From: Desulfatiglandales bacterium
GTDB taxonomy: Bacteria; Desulfobacterota; DSM-4660; Desulfatiglandales; HGW-15
Direction of reading: 5' to 3'
DNA length: 64,000 bases
Assembly: GCA_963667015.2 (NCBI GenBank)
Contig: CAXXJJ010000001.1
Span: forward strand, 2,112,001 to 2,176,000
Part shown: piece after piece, positions 61,478 to 64,000 of the stretch
Layout: each line of letters begins with the position of its first letter
How positions within the stretch are numbered: position 1 is the first letter of the stretch
Made by a program: the position numbers and the translations under genes
Notes under the pieces: generated by a model
The model's input: only the letters and a program-made list of their open reading frames with translations
What the model was told of the DNA's origin: nothing
The model's database searches: none

Positions 61478-62104
61478 CTAGGACAGCCAAACAATGAGTC
61501 TACTAGTGCGAACCCATTTTCCTTTGTCCTTTTTAAGGAGCCAAAAAGTTCCTGACCCCCATTTACCATCTTGAGAATTTTCGATATATACGATTGCTGC
61601 GTTTTTATCAGTATCAAAGCCCACTCGTGACAAACGAAAGTATCCAAGTGCATTTGGGTAATGCTTATAAAAAGAATCCCACCACTTTGTGGGGGAAAAA
61701 GCTTCTTCCCGTTGTTTTTCAGAGATAAGGAAATGTTTGTCTGCAAATTTGAAATAATCGTTTAGAATATATTGATCCTTGTTTTCGCTCACCCAAGATT
61801 TCAAGGCATATTCTGGAAAAGATGTATTTTCAACCTCGATCTTTTTAAGCAACTCTTCAATTGATATATCCATGTATTTAGGGCCTGAAATTGTTTCATT
61901 GATAATAATAATTGTCTTAGGAAGAAGTTGTTTTTCTTTTTTATTTATCATGTCTATATAGCCTGGCTGGCTTAGGTATTCAAGCTCGATCACTGCTTTA
62001 TAAACCTGATACTCTAACGGATCTATCTCTTCAGCATTTGCAGAGCAATATGAAATTATCATTAATATGAAAAAAAGCCTGATATTAAAGCGATGTGATT
62101 TCAT
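61478..62104 (-). CDS. Cassette: secreted hypothetical protein
   Basis: Signal peptide; WDSFYKHYPNALGYFRLSRVGF; RBS GGGGGA. Confidence 0.8.
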   Translation of the reverse strand: MKSHRFNIRLFFILMIISYCSANAEEIDPLEYQVYKAVIELEYLSQPGYIDMINKKEKQLLPKTIIIINETISGPKYMDISIEELLKKIEVENTSFPEYALKSWVSENKDQYILNDYFKFADKHFLISEKQREEAFSPTKWWDSFYKHYPNALGYFRLSRVGFDTDKNAAIVYIENSQDGKWGSGTFWLLKKDKGKWVRTSRLIVWLS

Positions 62105-62118
62105 TTTATCCCCCAAGC

Positions 62119-64000
62119 ACCGGGTAGGGCAAGGGCTTCTCAGCCCCTTTCCCCCCTAAGAAACGTACGTGATAGTTTCCCATCATACGGCTCAAGCATT
62201 TCACAAGGACGATCTTCTGGAACGCCCCGACTACGTTTCCCACTAATTAGCGTATAAAATCGCACGATTGGCTTTTGCCGTCAAGGCTGGTAATAATCGC
62301 TTCTCCTTATCATGCCTGCGTTGCCAAAAGTAACCGGCGTACTTCTTAAGGTAAGGATTAGCGTCTGCCTTGATTTTAATATGCCTTTTAATGCCCAAAT
62401 GGCCTAAGCGTAAAACGCTGTAGACTTTCTTCCCCAGCGTAGTTTTACCTACTGCGGAAAATACCCATTTTTTACCATCTACCATCCAGTACTTCTTAAC
62501 AAGCCATTTCTTTGACTTTCTTGGATGGCGTTTTCTGAGCATTCTCCATAACTGGTCATAGACATAACCGTCAATACGATAAAATGATGCTCCGGCTACT
62601 ACATGACGATGGTAGTTGCCCCAACCTCGAAGTACAGAGTTCAGTTCCTTTATCATGGCAGGCATTGGTGCACTGACGTATTTGCGGATTATTCCGCCGA
62701 GGCGTTGTATCAATGATTCTACGCCCTCTTTTGAAGGCCTTATGTGCAATGTCTTGCCGTGTTTCCGGAATGTTTGTCCCAGAAACATAAAACTGTCCCG
62801 GATATGTGTGATGGCAGTCTTTTGCTCAGAGAGATTTAATCCTCTTTCTCTTAAGAATTCTACGACCGCCGGCTTTACCTGTTTTTCTAAAAGCCTTCTG
62901 GATTTCCCTGTGATGATAAAATCATCCGCATAACGAATAAAATTTACTCTGGATCTACGCGGGACTGATTTATGTACAGCTTCTTCCAGTCCGTCCAGAA
63001 CCATATTCATTAACGTAGGGCTTATAATACCTCCCTGTGGTGTTCCTCTTCGGGTTGGATATCTTATCCCTTTTTCCACAAATCCTGCCTTCAACCACTT
63101 GGCCAGTATTTCTTTATCCATTGGGATGTTTGCCAGCATCCACTCATGCGATATGTTGTCAAAACATCCTTCAATGTCGGCTTCAAGCACCCACGTTGCG
63201 GAGTTTGGCTTGTTTAAGGCATTGAATGCCGCTCCTACTGCATCGGCACAGCTCCGCCCCTCTCTAAATCCATATGAGTTGCGGTCAGCTAATGTTTCTG
63301 CTATAGGAGCTAAAGCAAGTTTGTACAATGCCTGCATTGCCCTGTCATACATTGTAGGTATACTTAAAGGACGTTTCTTTTTACTTCTCTTTTTAGAAAT
63401 ATACGTCCTTCTAAGCGGTTGAGGTCTGTAACCTCTTTTGTGCAGGCTGTTAGCAGCCTGCCATTTGGTTTTGGCGCCTTTCCATAAGATGCCGTCAATG
63501 CCGGGTGTTTTCTTACCCTTATTAGTAGTCACTCTTTTTACTGCCAGAAGCTTGGCAGCTCTTGAGCGTGTGAGCAGATATTGTAATGATTTAACCTTAT
63601 TCCATCTGCCTTCCTGCGTAGCCTTTGCGATACGCATCTGCAGCCGTCTAACCTTTTTCCGCTCTGCTGTCCAGTCCACGCTGTTCCAGCATGCGGAGTC
63701 TGACTTCTTATCTTGGCTTTTGAGTGCACCAGCCGAAGCTGTCTTTTGCTTTCTCATCTACAACGGTTCTCCAGATTATCTCGCAAGGAAACACCAGTCG
63801 GATGTCTGCCCCCATTTCGGTATTCCTTTGACTCCTTCTACCTTTTAGGACTGCCATGTTTCATGCAGTATCCTTCCCGCTACAGGAAGGCATTTGCTTG
63901 TTCCGACCTCTCATTGCCGACCCTCCATGGGCTTGCCTTATACGGTTAGCTTGCCATGCATTGCGTGACATGGCGGACTGCCGGCTTTTCCACGTTCCGC
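62119..64000 (-). mobile_element. Group II intron (IIB/CL1-like), 5' end outside window
   Basis: 34-nt domain V GAGCCGTATGATGGGAAACTATCACGTACGTTTC (62193-62160) with AGC triad; domain VI ends ...CTACCCGGT. Confidence 0.92.
62243..63757 (-). CDS. ltrA: Group II intron reverse transcriptase/maturase, no HNH endonuclease domain
   Basis: RT0 (LQMRIAKA...NKGKKTPGIDG), RPLSIPTMYDRAMQ, GTPQGGIISP, RYADD, X domain RGWGNYHR; ends after ANPY with no C-terminal Cys/HNH. Confidence 0.95.
   Translation of the reverse strand: MRKQKTASAGALKSQDKKSDSACWNSVDWTAERKKVRRLQMRIAKATQEGRWNKVKSLQYLLTRSRAAKLLAVKRVTTNKGKKTPGIDGILWKGAKTKWQAANSLHKRGYRPQPLRRTYISKKRSKKKRPLSIPTMYDRAMQALYKLALAPIAETLADRNSYGFREGRSCADAVGAAFNALNKPNSATWVLEADIEGCFDNISHEWMLANIPMDKEILAKWLKAGFVEKGIRYPTRRGTPQGGIISPTLMNMVLDGLEEAVHKSVPRRSRVNFIRYADDFIITGKSRRLLEKQVKPAVVEFLRERGLNLSEQKTAITHIRDSFMFLGQTFRKHGKTLHIRPSKEGVESLIQRLGGIIRKYVSAPMPAMIKELNSVLRGWGNYHRHVVAGASFYRIDGYVYDQLWRMLRKRHPRKSKKWLVKKYWMVDGKKWVFSAVGKTTLGKKVYSVLRLGHLGIKRHIKIKADANPYLKKYAGYFWQRRHDKEKRLLPALTAKANRAILYAN

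Larger units (their letters stand above)
55375..62118 (-). mobile_element. Integron gene-cassette array (13 cassettes; integrase not in window)
   Basis: AT-rich co-oriented units separated by attC hairpins; each cassette's initial GTT heptamer complements its own R'' box. Confidence 0.93.

Noticed and set aside
62243..63757. Reverse transcriptase as a retron, DGR or defence RT
   Set aside because: RT0 and X domains plus adjacent intron domains V and VI identify a group II intron

Overview
The window has three zones. The gene repertoire suggests an anaerobe, possibly Desulfobacterota-like (inference, not established). (1) 1-47.3 kb: after the 3' end of polA comes a large catabolic locus. It holds L-arabinose genes (araB-type kinase, LacI regulator with two operators, araD, a twice-frameshifted GH51 arabinofuranosidase, a YtfQRT-YjfF-like ABC importer, araA), at least eight esterases/tannases, a GH43, an MtaA/URO-D-family methyltransferase and a Tat flavoprotein. 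It also holds an unusual operon: CapA-like metallohydrolase, TRAP transporter, two 2-hydroxyacyl-CoA dehydratase-like subunits and two family III CoA-transferases. Four copies of a GTATACYTRTATAC motif appear to tie the 32-47 kb promoters to the local GntR/HutC regulator. (2) 47.6-55.4 kb: a decaying accessory zone with pseudogenes, palindromic repeats, a probable C-GCAxxG-C-C selenoprotein (in-frame UGA plus SECIS-like hairpin) that the ORF track truncates, and an HUH/Y1 (RAYT-like) transposase bounded by 22-bp inverted repeats. (3) 55.4-64 kb: a minus-strand integron cassette array of 13 cassettes (12 complete attC sites, 1 truncated). It includes three HEPN-motif cassettes and two copies of an ORF-less A-rich cassette. 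A group II intron sits at the start of the first visible cassette, in the same orientation as the cassettes. No integrase, rRNA, tRNA or CRISPR array is visible.
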